Assembly: GCF_006345805.1 (NCBI RefSeq) | Contig: NC_043003.1 | Span: 91,388,001 to 91,452,000, forward strand | Source: Octopus sinensis | Lineage: Eukaryota | DNA: 64,000 nucleotides | Direction: 5' to 3' | In this document: piece by piece, positions 62,981 to 64,000 of the stretch | Layout of the letters: the number at the start of each line of letters is the position of its first letter | Numbering within the stretch: the stretch's first letter is position 1 | Program-made: the position numbers and the translations under genes | Notes under the pieces: model-generated | What the model was told of the DNA's origin: nothing | What the model saw: the letters and a program-made list of their open reading frames with translations, nothing else | The model's database searches: none

Positions 62981-63413
62981 ATATATATATATATATATAT
63001 AGATACATATACACGTGTGTGTATAAAATGCAAATTAGTAGGTCCAGTTCTCTGAAACTACTTTTGTGTGTTATATTTGATTCCTCTTACATCCACCTCT
63101 TCTCTCAGCACATTTGTATTCTGTCATTCAGACCCATGAACATGACACATCTAGCAGAGTAGGCTCACTCCATTTATTTAAGGCTGTCACACACACACAC
63201 ATCTATCCTGGCTTTTCTGATTTACCAAAATAAAAAAAATGAATAAAAAGAAAATGCTTCAGAATAGTAACTCATGCACCTCTTATAACATAATTTATTT
63301 GTTTTGTTTTTTTTCATAACAGTCTTCAGATTTTTATCTTTTGAACTTAGGGGGTTTGGATTGTGAAAAATATATTTTATAAAATTTCATATTTTTAATC
63401 TCCTTTCCTCATT

Positions 63414-63605
63414 GGGAGGTATGTGGCCTAGTGATAGGTGTTGCACACATGATCATTAAGATCATGGTTTCAATTCCCAGACCAGATTGTGCATTGCTAC
63501 TTGAGCAAAACACTCCATTTCATAATGCTCCAGTGCACTCAGCTGTAAACCAGCAATAGCTGTGAAGTTAACCTTGCAACAGACTGGCATCCCATCCAGG
63601 TGGGA
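63414..63605 (+). mobile_element. Decayed SINE family C copy
   Basis: GGGAGGTATGTGGCCTAGTG head, GGTTTCAATTCCC B-box and GACTGGCATCCCATCCAGG. Confidence 0.65.
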
Positions 63606-63734
63606 AAGCGTTGTGAACTCAGTCCTTTATATAATGTGGAAAGCAGGTTGAGTTCCAGCCTTATGAATCCTAGGGCTTACGACTGACCTAAGACCCTCAT
63701 TTACTGGCAATATATATAATGCTTGCAAACATGC

Positions 63735-64000
63735 ATGGCCTGGTTGTGTGATAAAAAGGTTGCTTCCCAACCACATAGTTCTGGGTTCAGTCCCACTGTA
63801 TGGCACCTTGGGCAAGTGTCTTCTACTATTGTCTCAAGTTGACCAAAGCCTTGTGAGTGGATCTGGTAAACTGAAAGAAGCCTATCGAATATATTTGTGT
63901 GTGTGTGTGTTTGCCTCCCACCATCGCTTGACAACTGATGTTGGTGTCTTTACATCCATGTAACTTAGCAGTTCTGCAAAAGAGACTAATAGAATAAGCA
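63735..64000 (+). mobile_element. SINE family A copy running off the window
   Basis: Head, B-box, core and internal (TG)n are present. Confidence 0.8.

Overview
Repeat-dense, AT-rich eukaryotic DNA, very probably octopus (inference from recalled octopus SINE/RTE families, microsatellite content and a mollusc-like gene). The only host gene I can reconstruct is vitamin K-dependent gamma-glutamyl carboxylase (GGCX) on the + strand: nine well-supported coding exons from 22803 to 61017, all GT-AG and phase-consistent, plus a probable 4-nt first coding exon at 19360-19363. Together they give 447 codons, and the gene continues beyond the window. The rest is two large RTE-clade LINE copies whose ORF2 carries a PHD-type zinc finger, many RTE 3' tails, at least three tRNA-derived SINE families, a decayed mariner, a Tigger/pogo fossil, hAT- and piggyBac-like MITEs, and microsatellites. 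The least expected signal is a set of unrelated fold-back elements in the GGCX introns (24.7, 28.5, 37.5, 41.5, 55.4, 61.3 kb). Most arms carry minimal type I hammerhead-ribozyme motifs of the Penelope-like (PLE) kind, pointing outward from the hairpin centre. One element (41459-41897) has a tRNA-like Pol III head, hammerhead motifs and a 17-bp TSD, and a second (37539-37852) seems to share that layout. This suggests ribozyme-bearing, PLE-mobilised SINE-like retroposons. All folding, alignment and family assignments were made by eye or from recall and need computational confirmation.
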